Assembly: GCA_041665485.1 (NCBI GenBank)
Contig: JBAYIT010000001.1
Location: 345,399 to 409,398 of the forward strand
Reading direction: 5' to 3'
Source: Candidatus Shapirobacteria bacterium
GTDB taxonomy: Bacteria > Patescibacteriota > Microgenomatia > UBA12405
DNA: 64,000 nt
Under the pieces are notes generated by a model, which saw only the letters and a list, made by a program, of their open reading frames with translations, did not search any database and was not told where the DNA came from. Positions within the stretch are counted from its first letter, which is position 1. Every line of letters starts with the position of its first letter. Positions 9,315 through 18,383 of this stretch are shown piece by piece. The position numbers were made by a program, and so were the translations under genes.

Positions 9315-9980
9315 ATGAAAAACATAGATAGAAGGTAATTTTTAAGATTTGCTACTTTGGCTGTGGTTGGCGCTGGAGTGGCGGCGTGTGCTCCTAGAGC
9401 CCCGGAAGTAGTTGACCCAAGCTGTTTAATTGAGTGGACTAAAAATGGCGAATGGATAGACGCTAGTAGGAAATTGGACAAGACAGAGTCAGTTTGGCCA
9501 GTAGACGGTTTGGTTGGTGGTGGTTGCCCGTGTACTCTAAGGGCTGGGGTGTTGCACGGAAGAGAGCTTGATGGGGATGAATTAAGGTTATTAGAAAAAA
9601 GTAAATATTATATTAATTTGGCAGATGGAGTAAATGTTGATGATGAAACGTATGAAAGTGGGCCAGATTTTAATGGAATATGGACAGGACAAGATGGTTA
9701 TATAAAGAAGGCGCATTTGATTGCGGTTCGTAAGCTGAACACTGCTACTGGGGAAATGACTTTGAGTGATTATGTCTTGTCTGTGGAAGAAGTGAATGGG
9801 CAAACCGGTGGTGGATATCATCGATTTAGTGTGCCTTTGGGCCGAGAAACAATGGTGATTGCAACCGTGACTGACAGTAATGGAAAAATGGGATTAACAA
9901 GTCGAGACAGATTGGTTGTGTGGAAAAATGGTAATGGAGGGATTGGTTTGTATCGACAGTCTTCGGGGTTTGGGCCCTAG
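9315..9980 (+). pseudogene. Twin-arginine-type lipoprotein gene with in-frame TAA at codon 8
   Basis: MKNIDRR*FLRFATLAVVGAGVAAC; TAA at 9336-9338, in frame with the 9357..9980 ORF. Confidence 0.65.
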
Positions 9981-10010
9981 TGGGGGTGTATTTTGGTGAT
10001 AGAATTAAGT

Positions 10011-10733
10011 ATGAAAAAAATAATTGCAACGGTGGTGATGGTGTTAGCGATTATTTGGATTGTGCCGTTTCGGCTGATTAATTGGGGCAAGATTGCCTGG
10101 GTGCCGGCGGAAACGGTGACAGTGATGGGGGAGGCAAAGACAACGGTTAAAAATCAAATTGCCAGTTTTAATGCCGGGGTGGATGTGTTGAGTAATACCA
10201 AAGAGGAAGCGACTAAAGAAATTAATAGCAAAATGGAGGCGCTGGTGGTGGCGATGAAAGGTTTTGGAATCGGTGAGGCTGATATTAGAACTCAAAGCTT
10301 GAGTTATTACCAACAGGAAGAACCATATTGGGAAAATGGGGTGCAGAGATACAAAAAGGGCCAGTGGCGGGTTAGTAGTTCAATTGAGGTTAAATTGAGG
10401 GAGATTGACAGGGCGTCGGAATTGGCCGGAGTGCTGGCGGGAAGCGGAGCCAACAATGTTTATGGGCCAAATTTCCAGCTGGATGACACGACTGAAGCAG
10501 AGAAAGGGTTGTTTGAAGAGGCAGTTAAAAATGCCAAAGATAAGGCAGAGTTAGTGGCAACGGCTACTGGAAGGAAATTGGGGAAAGTATTAAGTGTGAG
10601 TGAAGGAGGAGCCAGTGGTGGGATTTACCCAGTATATGGAGCTAAAATGGCCGAGGGTGGAGGTGGAGCACCAATGGAGGCTGGAGCCGGGACGGTGTAC
10701 AAATCGGTGACGGTGGTGTTTGAACTCAAGTAG
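10011..10733 (+). CDS. SIMPL (DUF541) domain protein
   Basis: TVTVMGEA, IRTQSLS, GANNVYGPNF, AVKNAKDKA, LGKVLSVSE, VTVVFEL; signal peptide. Confidence 0.9.
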   Translation: MKKIIATVVMVLAIIWIVPFRLINWGKIAWVPAETVTVMGEAKTTVKNQIASFNAGVDVLSNTKEEATKEINSKMEALVVAMKGFGIGEADIRTQSLSYYQQEEPYWENGVQRYKKGQWRVSSSIEVKLREIDRASELAGVLAGSGANNVYGPNFQLDDTTEAEKGLFEEAVKNAKDKAELVATATGRKLGKVLSVSEGGASGGIYPVYGAKMAEGGGGAPMEAGAGTVYKSVTVVFELK

Positions 10734-10789
10734 TTCAAAAAGTCCAAAAAGTAGAAAGTCCAAAAAGTTTTGGTGGTAAAATTGGATTT

Positions 10790-10972
10790 ATGGATTTGCA
10801 AAAGAGGAAAAGGCTAGAGGAGGAGTTAGAGAAATATAAAGATAAGTTGAATCAATTGCAAAAGGACTGGGCCTCGAGCAAAGAGGGGAGTAGATATGGC
10901 AATGAATATTTGGAAACACAAGTGAAGGTGTATAAAGCAATGATTGAGGAAGTGGAGAGAGAACTAAAATAA
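10790..10972 (+). CDS. Small coiled-coil hypothetical protein
   Basis: 60-aa helical ORF after TGGTAAAAT. Confidence 0.6.
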   Translation: MDLQKRKRLEEELEKYKDKLNQLQKDWASSKEGSRYGNEYLETQVKVYKAMIEEVERELK

Positions 10973-11054
10973 ACTTCGTAAACCGTTAACCGTGATCCGT
11001 GAACCGTAAGAATCTACGAATATAGAATCTGGGGGGTGGTAAAATGAGATTTGA

Positions 11055-11894
11055 ATGACGGAATTTGACAAACAATACCAAGAGGTTTTGAGAGAGATTA
11101 TGGAGAGGGGGATTGAAGAGATTAACGAGCGGACGGGCCACAAAACCAAAATAATAACGGGTGTGAATCTGGTAATAAACAAGGGATTTCCGTTGTTAAC
11201 CTTAAGAAAAATACCGACTCGGATTTTTACGGCTGAACAAATTTGGTTTCAAATGGGGAGCCGACGGCCAGCGGAATTTTTAAATAAATACACCAAAATT
11301 TGGGATGATTTTACCAATATTGATGGGGTGGTGAGCGCGGCCTATGGCTATCGCTGGCGGCACCATTTTGGCCGGGACCAAATGGAAGGGTTAGTAGAAC
11401 TTTTGGAAAAACAGCCAAGTTCGCGGCACGGAGTGGTGATGACTTGGGATGCGGGAGATGATGGGTTAAATTCGAGTTTGGGAAAGAGAAATAAAAAGAA
11501 TGTGCCTTGCCCATTTTGTTTTGTGGTTAATATTGTGGGGGGAAAGTTAAATTTACACAACATTGTTAGAAGTAATGATATGGTGTTGGGGGCGCCAATG
11601 GATGCGGCCGGGTTTGGGTTGTTACAAAATATTTTGGCGGCCAGATTGGGGGTGGAGGTGGGAACATATATTCACACCATATCTCATGCTCATGTTTACG
11701 ATATTCATTACGAAGTGGCTAAAGAACTAATGGGGAGAAAAAATGATCATCCGGAAATAAAACTAGAGCCGAAAAAAAATTGGTATGATCGGTCTAAAGT
11801 AGGTGACGAAACTTTGGTTGATGAAATACTTGGGCAATTTGAAAAACAATATAATCCCGGTGAGCCAATTAAGGGAATTCAGATTGTGCTATGA
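11055..11894 (+). CDS. thyA: Thymidylate synthase-fold enzyme, atypical: Asp183 at the E. coli Asn177 position, predicted dCMP-preferring
   Basis: RTGH, FPLLTLRK, EQIWF, AYGYRWR, SSRH, VPC152P, R172SNDMVLGAPMD183, HVY. Confidence 0.9.
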   Translation: MTEFDKQYQEVLREIMERGIEEINERTGHKTKIITGVNLVINKGFPLLTLRKIPTRIFTAEQIWFQMGSRRPAEFLNKYTKIWDDFTNIDGVVSAAYGYRWRHHFGRDQMEGLVELLEKQPSSRHGVVMTWDAGDDGLNSSLGKRNKKNVPCPFCFVVNIVGGKLNLHNIVRSNDMVLGAPMDAAGFGLLQNILAARLGVEVGTYIHTISHAHVYDIHYEVAKELMGRKNDHPEIKLEPKKNWYDRSKVGDETLVDEILGQFEKQYNPGEPIKGIQIVL

Positions 11895-12406
11895 AGAAAA
11901 TAATAGTTTGTGCCATGAGCTTGGATGGGAAAATTGCTAAAACATCGGCGGATAATTTGAGTTGGACAGGAAGCGATGACAAAAAATGGTTTGCCGGTGT
12001 GAGCCGGGAGGCGGGAGTAATAATTATGGGCAATAATGCTTTTAAACAAATAAATCGTCCGTTGTCGGGGCGGTTGATTAAAGTGATGGTGTTGCCCGGA
12101 GAGGAGGGCGAGAATATTGAAGGTCAAGTGGAATATACTTCAAAAAAACCAGCAGAAGTAATTGAGGAATTAGAGACGAGAGGTTACAAACAAGTGGTGA
12201 TTGGCGGCGGGGCAATGATAAACACTTTATATTTGGAGGCGAATTTAGTGGATGAAATGTGGCTGTCGGTGATTCCGATGGTGCTGGGGTCAGGAATCGG
12301 GCTGTTTAGAAACGATGTTGATTTGGAAAAGGAGCTAGAACTAATTAGTAGTGAAAAGTTGGGCGAAAAGGGACTGGTTTTGAAATACAAACTACTTTTT
12401 GTATAA
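11891..12406 (+). CDS. folA: Dihydrofolate reductase
   Basis: AMSLDGKIA, DKKWF, IMG, RPLSGR, IGGGA, VDEM, GSGI; 4-nt overlap with thyA. Confidence 0.85.
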   Translation: MKKIIVCAMSLDGKIAKTSADNLSWTGSDDKKWFAGVSREAGVIIMGNNAFKQINRPLSGRLIKVMVLPGEEGENIEGQVEYTSKKPAEVIEELETRGYKQVVIGGGAMINTLYLEANLVDEMWLSVIPMVLGSGIGLFRNDVDLEKELELISSEKLGEKGLVLKYKLLFV

Positions 12407-12835
12407 GGCAACGGAATCTTCTCGCAAATAGACATTGGCAATTCGAGCTTCAATCATTTTGTTCCAACAGTCTTCACAACACCACCAGTGGCCGTCGAGA
12501 TAGAGATCGGCATTGGTAGTATCAAAACCATTTTGTTTAGCATCGGCAATGGCAGTGACTTCGGCATGGCCGATTTGATGACAAATTTCTCTACATAAGT
12601 GATAGCCCTCACCGGTTTTGAAACCTTGTTGGTCGCGAGGACAAACCTTAACTTTTATACCAGCATTAGTGCCTCGGCCAATAACTTGGCCATCTTTAAC
12701 AATGACAGCACTGGTGGCTTGTTTGCAACAACCACTGTGTTGAAGACCTTCGGAGGCGGTGAACATAAATTGATTATTGGCGGGAACGTAGAGAATAGTC
12801 CGGCCTGGTGGCAAATAGGGGTATTCGATGGTCAT
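12392..12835 (-). CDS. dCMP deaminase-like zinc-dependent deaminase (ComEB/DCTD family)
   Basis: AVIVKDG.IGRGTN, HAE, CCEDC, ARIANVY. Confidence 0.85.
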   Translation of the reverse strand: MTIEYPYLPPGRTILYVPANNQFMFTASEGLQHSGCCKQATSAVIVKDGQVIGRGTNAGIKVKVCPRDQQGFKTGEGYHLCREICHQIGHAEVTAIADAKQNGFDTTNADLYLDGHWWCCEDCWNKMIEARIANVYLREDSVALYKK

Positions 12836-13197
12836 TTAATATTGATTGCTTTATCGATTGTATTTATCAGGTCAGTGCTTGAAGAGTAGGTAAGAATCTG
12901 TTGGGAAACTGAAGAGACAGAACTCGAAGGTGGAGAGGTAGGTTTATGAAGGCAGATAATGGGTACATTAAGATCGTAAGCCCAGCCAAGCTCGATACCA
13001 AGGCCGGTTGAAGGAAAAGAGACTTCGGCAACTAATAACTGGCAAGTTTTAATGATATCTCGGGAAAATTCGGTGGTTCTAGTTGCGTCATGAGGAAAAA
13101 CAAATTGATGTTGACTTGATAGGTGAGAATTTTTAATGGGAAGGTAAAGTTCATTTTGAAAATCGAAGAGGCGAGAATGAGCGATGTAAATTTTCAT
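12832..13197 (-). CDS. Nucleoside 2-deoxyribosyltransferase-fold N-glycosidase (DNPH1/MilB-like)
   Basis: MKIYIAH and LVAEVSFPSTGLGIELGWA..NVPIICL resemble the DNPH1 VAEVTQPSLGVGYELGRA motif. Confidence 0.75.
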   Translation of the reverse strand: MKIYIAHSRLFDFQNELYLPIKNSHLSSQHQFVFPHDATRTTEFSRDIIKTCQLLVAEVSFPSTGLGIELGWAYDLNVPIICLHKPTSPPSSSVSSVSQQILTYSSSTDLINTIDKAINIK

Positions 13198-13221
13198 TTG
13201 AGTTATGTTACTATATTTCCA

Positions 13222-13857
13222 ATGTCAGTGCTAACGAGAAATGAAATTTTGGATTTGTTGAAAAAAGAAAAGTTAAAATTCGCCCCAGAGTTAGATCAAT
13301 TTCAGTTACAAGGGCATTCGATTGACCTGAGGCTTGGCTATTCTTTTATGGTGCCAAGAGTGTGGGAGCTGGTGTCGGAGGGGAGGGTGGCGCTAAATAT
13401 TGACCGCTTTAAAAGTGATAAAAAAAGTTTTGAAATAATTGAGCTTGAAGAGGGGCAGTATTTTGAAATTTTGCCGGGGGAACACGTGATTGTGTCGACT
13501 TTAGAGAAAATTACTTTACCAACAACGGTGATGGGGGTGTTGTACCCCCGGTCGTCGGTGAATCGAAGAGGGTTGTCGCTTGATTTAACAGGAATTGTGG
13601 ATGCTGGTTATGAGGGAACTTTGGTGGTGCCGGTGCGAAATACAACTGGAAGCCAAGTGATTCGGGTGTATCCCGGGGAGAGATTTTGCCAGATTGTGTT
13701 GCATCCGTTGATGTCAGAAGTAAAAATGGAGCAGTCGAGGTGGCACAATCGGGACACGACGGTGGAAGTGTTGCCAGAGAGGAACACCAGTGAAATGGAT
13801 TTATTGGAAAAAGGGGATTTGAGGAAATTAAAACAGGATTTTAAGCTGGAATTTTAA
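13222..13857 (+). CDS. dcd: dCTP deaminase/trimeric dUTPase family protein (deaminase Glu apparently absent)
   Basis: SIDLRLG, PRSS, GIVDAGYEG, PGERFCQ; start moved to ATG 13222. Confidence 0.8.
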   Translation: MSVLTRNEILDLLKKEKLKFAPELDQFQLQGHSIDLRLGYSFMVPRVWELVSEGRVALNIDRFKSDKKSFEIIELEEGQYFEILPGEHVIVSTLEKITLPTTVMGVLYPRSSVNRRGLSLDLTGIVDAGYEGTLVVPVRNTTGSQVIRVYPGERFCQIVLHPLMSEVKMEQSRWHNRDTTVEVLPERNTSEMDLLEKGDLRKLKQDFKLEF

Positions 13858-13858
13858 A

Positions 13859-14287
13859 ATGAGTCGAGTATTTGGAACCCGTGAGGCTGTGTTAGGGGCA
13901 GGTTTAATAAGTGTTCATTTTGAAGTAATGAATCAGATTTGTGGTGGCAACTACTTGTTAATGAAACCAGGCGGTGATTGTCACTCGATGGTGGGGGGAG
14001 TGAGGACAGCAATTGGTTTATTGTATGATGGCGCTTTTGTGGTAGAGAACGGGAGTGGGTATGAGGCGGTTTGTGGTCGATGCGGGGCGAGATTTAATCT
14101 GGAAAAAATAGAAAAGGGAGATTGTTTTAGAGGGCCATTGGGTTTGAGAGAATCTCTGGTGTGTGGTGTTTTGGGTTGCCCAAAAACAAGATGTTATTGG
14201 TATTGGGAGGTGGCCAATAGGAGAGATCTTAATTTTGCAGACTGGATACCAAATGGTGTGATGGAGGGTGGTAGACCTAGGACTTAA
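13859..14287 (+). CDS. Hypothetical Cys-rich protein
   Basis: 142-aa ORF with CGRC and several other Cys. Confidence 0.55.
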   Translation: MSRVFGTREAVLGAGLISVHFEVMNQICGGNYLLMKPGGDCHSMVGGVRTAIGLLYDGAFVVENGSGYEAVCGRCGARFNLEKIEKGDCFRGPLGLRESLVCGVLGCPKTRCYWYWEVANRRDLNFADWIPNGVMEGGRPRT

Positions 14288-14313
14288 GAAAAAATGTGAG
14301 ATAATGGGGTTAT

Positions 14314-15015
14314 ATGACGGGTGGAGTTGAAAGGGGTAAATTGTTGGTAACTGAAGGTATTGATGGAAGTGGTAAGTCCCTTCAGACCGATTTGTTAGTG
14401 GGGAAGTTAAGGTCTATTGGTTTGACGGTATATGTGGATGATTACCCGAGATATGAAACATCTTTTTGGGGACGTCATGTTGGAAGAATGTTAAAGGGAG
14501 ATTTTGGTGATCCAATGAAAATTGATCCTAGTCTGACTTGTTTACCATATTTATTGGATGAAGCTGATGGCAGTCGCGCAAACGAGGCTAGGTTGCAGAA
14601 TGGGGTTTGGGTAGTAAGTAATCGATATTTTACTTCTAATATCCATCAAATAGCCAAATTACCTGTAGCAGAAAGGGAAGAGTATGCGAGGTGGTTGTGG
14701 CAGGCGGGGTATGGAGAATTGGGAATTTTGCGGCCAGATTTGGTAACAGTTTTGTTGGTTGATCCTTTGGTTTGTCGCGAGAATATAGGGAAAAAGGCAG
14801 AGAGAAAATATACTGGTGGAGAAGTGTTAGACTATGCCGAGAAAGATTTTGGACATCAGATGGTGGCGGCAGAGGAGTATCGAAGGATGGTGGACAAAAA
14901 CCCTGATTGGTGGGTAGCGATCGAATGTTGTGTTGAAGGAAAGTTACTAACTCCGGAACAAATCCACGAGATGGTGTGGGGAGAGATAGAGGCCAGGAAT
15001 ATTTTAAAGGGTTGA
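14314..15015 (+). CDS. tmk: Thymidylate kinase
   Basis: EGIDGSGKS P-loop, YPRY, NRYFTS, PDL. Confidence 0.9.
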   Translation: MTGGVERGKLLVTEGIDGSGKSLQTDLLVGKLRSIGLTVYVDDYPRYETSFWGRHVGRMLKGDFGDPMKIDPSLTCLPYLLDEADGSRANEARLQNGVWVVSNRYFTSNIHQIAKLPVAEREEYARWLWQAGYGELGILRPDLVTVLLVDPLVCRENIGKKAERKYTGGEVLDYAEKDFGHQMVAAEEYRRMVDKNPDWWVAIECCVEGKLLTPEQIHEMVWGEIEARNILKG

Positions 15016-15067
15016 TTTGAGGGGGAAATTGGGGTAAAAGTGGGGTGTGGAAAACAGAGAGACAAAA

Positions 15068-16324
15068 ATGGGTGATGTTTTACGGGAGATTGTTTTTCAG
15101 AGCGACTGGTCTTTGTTGCCAAGAGTGAGAGAGAGTTGGTCTTGTGGGAAAGAATTGGGGACATTGGAAGCAAAAGAGGTGGCGATAAGACTGGCGGCGG
15201 TGGTTGGAGCAGTGAGATGTTATGATGGGTCTACTGATTGTTCAAAGCTCGATAAGTTGAGAGATTTTGTGTACAGAGAGTGGGATCCGTTTATCTTTGG
15301 AGAAAATGTTTTGATTGACTTTTATTCAACTGTCTTAAGAGGAGAGGAAGAAAGTGTCACTGATTTTACGGTTGGGGAATGGGTCGTCAGGGATTGGGAG
15401 GTGGCAAAACCAATGACAGCAAGATGCGACTTTTCGAAAAAGATTATCGAAATGGTTAATGAACATGGATACACGAGAATATTGTTTGAGTTGTCGGGAA
15501 TTAACGATGTGCTGGCAAGAATGGCTGGTTTCAAATTTTTAGGTGTATTAGAACCGGAAAAAGACTGGAGTTCATTTGTCTCCCGCTTAGGTTTAGGAAG
15601 GAATTATGTTTTTGACAAGTTAAAATTGGTAGCAGACGAGTTGAGTAAAAGAGTAGATGGCCATGAGATGCATTTAACTGATAGAGAATGGCTTAAGGAA
15701 ATGGTGACTAAAATGGATGAAGGTTGGAATGATTTTGTTTGGCAGAGATTATTGACTGAAGGTAGTCGGCCTAGAGCAGAAGTGGCGGGGTGGACTAAAG
15801 GAAAAACGAGAGAAGAAAAGATGGCAATCTGGAAACAGTCTGGATTTTGGGAGAAACTGACTGATTCGGAAAGGGTGGTGTTGGTGGCAGTGTCAGAAAT
15901 TACTGGACAACTGAAAAATGATCGACAGTTGGCAGAAGAATTGGCTATTGGATATACGACTTTTAAGGCAACATTGGGGCGTGTTTTAGCTGTAGGTAAA
16001 GGTGAAGAAGACAGGGTGGTGGGAACTGATCGTTACCCGTTTGCCAGAAAGACGGATTTCCCTTTGTCTTTAATTTTGTTGTCTAGAGATTGTAAGCCGG
16101 AGTGGCTTAAGGAAAAACTTGACCCTCTCCATTGGGAAATTTGGGAGTTTGTAACTACATCGGTTAGAGGTGGTTATTATCATACTTGGAAAGAAGTGGA
16201 AATGAAATTTGGAGATAGGTGTAACCTCTATTGCTATACGAAGATTTTGACAGAGAAGGTGAGAAAAATAATGGAGGAAAACGGAGTGACAGTGACCAGA
16301 CAGAAGAATTTTAGAGTAAAATAA
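15068..16324 (+). CDS. Hypothetical protein
   Basis: About 420-aa ORF; possible HTH-like segment QLAEELAIGYTTFK; start uncertain (15047 or 15068). Confidence 0.65.
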   Translation: MGDVLREIVFQSDWSLLPRVRESWSCGKELGTLEAKEVAIRLAAVVGAVRCYDGSTDCSKLDKLRDFVYREWDPFIFGENVLIDFYSTVLRGEEESVTDFTVGEWVVRDWEVAKPMTARCDFSKKIIEMVNEHGYTRILFELSGINDVLARMAGFKFLGVLEPEKDWSSFVSRLGLGRNYVFDKLKLVADELSKRVDGHEMHLTDREWLKEMVTKMDEGWNDFVWQRLLTEGSRPRAEVAGWTKGKTREEKMAIWKQSGFWEKLTDSERVVLVAVSEITGQLKNDRQLAEELAIGYTTFKATLGRVLAVGKGEEDRVVGTDRYPFARKTDFPLSLILLSRDCKPEWLKEKLDPLHWEIWEFVTTSVRGGYYHTWKEVEMKFGDRCNLYCYTKILTEKVRKIMEENGVTVTRQKNFRVK

Positions 16325-16327
16325 ACT

Positions 16328-17485
16328 ATGGATAAGATATTTGAATTAATTAAAAAAGAAGAAGAAAGGCAGAGGGAGGAGATAAGTTTAATACCGAGTG
16401 AAAACTTTGTTTCTGAGGCGGTTAAACGGGCATTAGGGAGTGATTTGACCAATAAATATGCCGAAGGGTACCCTGGGAAACGTTATTATCAGGGAAATAA
16501 AGTGTGTGATGAAATTGAGAGTTTAGCAATAGAGCGGGGGAAGAAATTATTGGGAGTGGAATATTTAAATGTTCAGCCGTATTCGGGCAGTCCGGCCAAC
16601 AGTGCCGTTCAGATGGCCTTGCTGGAAAGGGGTGATAAAATTTGCGGTTTGAAATTATCGGCGGGAGGCCACTTAACTCACGGCCACCCTAACATTACTT
16701 TTTCAGGGAAGTACTTCGACTCCGTTCAGTATGATGTGGAGGAGGACGGGCGGATTGATTACGACAAACTAAAAGAGCTCGTTTTAAGGGAAAAACCGAA
16801 GTTAATTATGGCGGGGACAACAGCTTACCCCTGGATTTTAGACTGGCAAAAGTTTAGTGAGATTGCTGATTTAGTGGGGGCGTGGCTAGTGGCTGATATC
16901 TCCCATGTGGTGGGATTAATCGTTGGTGGAGTTCATCCAAGTCCAGTTCCATTTGTGGATATTATTACGTCGACTACACACAAAACCTTACGGGGGCCGA
17001 GAGGGGCGGTGATTGGAGTGACTAAGAAAGGTTTAGGTAAAGATAGTGAACTAAACAAGAGGATAGACCGAGCAGTTTTCCCCGGTTTACAGGGTGGACC
17101 GCATATGAATAATATTGGTGCTATGGCGGTGGCTTTCGAGGAAGCGAGCACACCTGAGTATAAAATTTATACAAAGCAAGTGATAAGTAATGCCTACACA
17201 TTGACGGAAACACTAAAAAAACAGGGATTAAAAGTATTTGGGACGGAGAATCATTTGATGGTGGTTGATGTTGGTGAGGGTAGAGGTAAGGAGATAGCGG
17301 TGAAGTTAGAAGAGGAGGGGATAATTGTTAATGCTAATACGATTCCGCACGATAAAGCAGGCCCGCTTAAGCCGTCAGGAATTAGGATTGGTAGTCCGGC
17401 AATGACAACACTGGGCTGGAAGGAAAAAGAGTTTGAGGAAATCGGGGAGAAGATTGCGAGAGTGCTCGGAAAGATGGCTGGCTAA
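16328..17485 (+). CDS. glyA: Serine hydroxymethyltransferase
   Basis: LIPSENF, YAEGYPGKRYY, GGHLTHG, STTHKTLRGPRG, FPGLQGGP. Confidence 0.97.
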   Translation: MDKIFELIKKEEERQREEISLIPSENFVSEAVKRALGSDLTNKYAEGYPGKRYYQGNKVCDEIESLAIERGKKLLGVEYLNVQPYSGSPANSAVQMALLERGDKICGLKLSAGGHLTHGHPNITFSGKYFDSVQYDVEEDGRIDYDKLKELVLREKPKLIMAGTTAYPWILDWQKFSEIADLVGAWLVADISHVVGLIVGGVHPSPVPFVDIITSTTHKTLRGPRGAVIGVTKKGLGKDSELNKRIDRAVFPGLQGGPHMNNIGAMAVAFEEASTPEYKIYTKQVISNAYTLTETLKKQGLKVFGTENHLMVVDVGEGRGKEIAVKLEEEGIIVNANTIPHDKAGPLKPSGIRIGSPAMTTLGWKEKEFEEIGEKIARVLGKMAG

Positions 17486-17568
17486 AGATTACAAGAGATA
17501 AGGGGTTGAAATGACGAGGAGCCACCCAACTCCTTATTCTCTTCTAATCTCTAGTTGTTAAGTTTACA
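17486..17568 (-). ncRNA. Candidate small hairpin RNA with its own promoter, convergent with glyA
   Basis: Long imperfect inverted repeat 17486-17550 just downstream of a consensus promoter. Confidence 0.4.
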
Positions 17569-17574
17569 ACCTAT

Positions 17575-17610
17575 ATTATACATTATTTATGTCGCTTGTC
17601 AAGTTATAGG
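17575..17610 (-). promoter_or_regulatory. Sigma70 consensus promoter TTGACA-16-TATAAT with upstream CCTATAAC
   Basis: Reverse complement reads cctataacTTGACAagcgacataaataatgTATAAT. Confidence 0.7.
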
Positions 17611-17709
17611 TCTATGTTTTAAAGTAATTGGTAAACGGTAACCGGTAATTGGTAAAAATATAGGGCTAGAAGATGGTTGATTAGATTTCGAGGCCTATAA
17701 AGTTTAGAT

Positions 17710-18297
17710 TTAGTAGCCTCGGGTGAGGCGACGGGCTTTGAGGGTGACCAGAGTGCCACTGAGGCTTAAAAGAGTTCCGAAGATGAGATTGGTCGAGCCG
17801 GTCTGAGGCAAGGGCTTCTTATTGTTGATTGAGCCGGAATTAGTGTAGAAGTAAAGGTTGTCGGAAGCAACTGTGCCTATGTCTGATTTGATACCAACAC
17901 TCATGTCGTTTTTGGTTAGAGTTTGGTTGACTTGAGTTTTGTCTTTAATAGTGAGGATAAAATTTTGGGTGTAGTCGGTATTGGCGGAGATTTGGGGAAT
18001 AGTAAAGACTAGTGGTGAATTGATGGAAACAGAACTTGGAAGTTTGCCGATGACTTTGACATTGGTTTGGTTGCGATTACCCAAATTTCGAACAGTTAGC
18101 TGGAGTTGGATTTGAGAGCCGGGAGGGAAAATGACTGTATTGCTATCTAGATTGTCAAAATATTGGCTTTGATTAAGGACTTTGGCTTTGAGATCGACTT
18201 GAAGATTGCGGATTTCGTCGTCAGCGAGGGCAATAGAGTTGCCCAGAGATAAGAAATAAGAGCTAAGAACTAAGAGGCCAAAGATTAATTTTTTCAT
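17710..18297 (-). CDS. Secreted Ig-like/DUF11-like protein with LPXTG-like C-terminal anchor
   Basis: Signal peptide; LTVRNLGN..TNVKV; LPQTG, hydrophobic stretch, basic tail. Confidence 0.7.
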   Translation of the reverse strand: MKKLIFGLLVLSSYFLSLGNSIALADDEIRNLQVDLKAKVLNQSQYFDNLDSNTVIFPPGSQIQLQLTVRNLGNRNQTNVKVIGKLPSSVSINSPLVFTIPQISANTDYTQNFILTIKDKTQVNQTLTKNDMSVGIKSDIGTVASDNLYFYTNSGSINNKKPLPQTGSTNLIFGTLLSLSGTLVTLKARRLTRGY

Positions 18298-18383
18298 TTT
18301 CCACCTGCTTAATGGTTAATGGTAGGGCTAGTTTAACAGATTTTGAATAAAAAAAGATATGGGTTGAAGAATAATGAATATTT

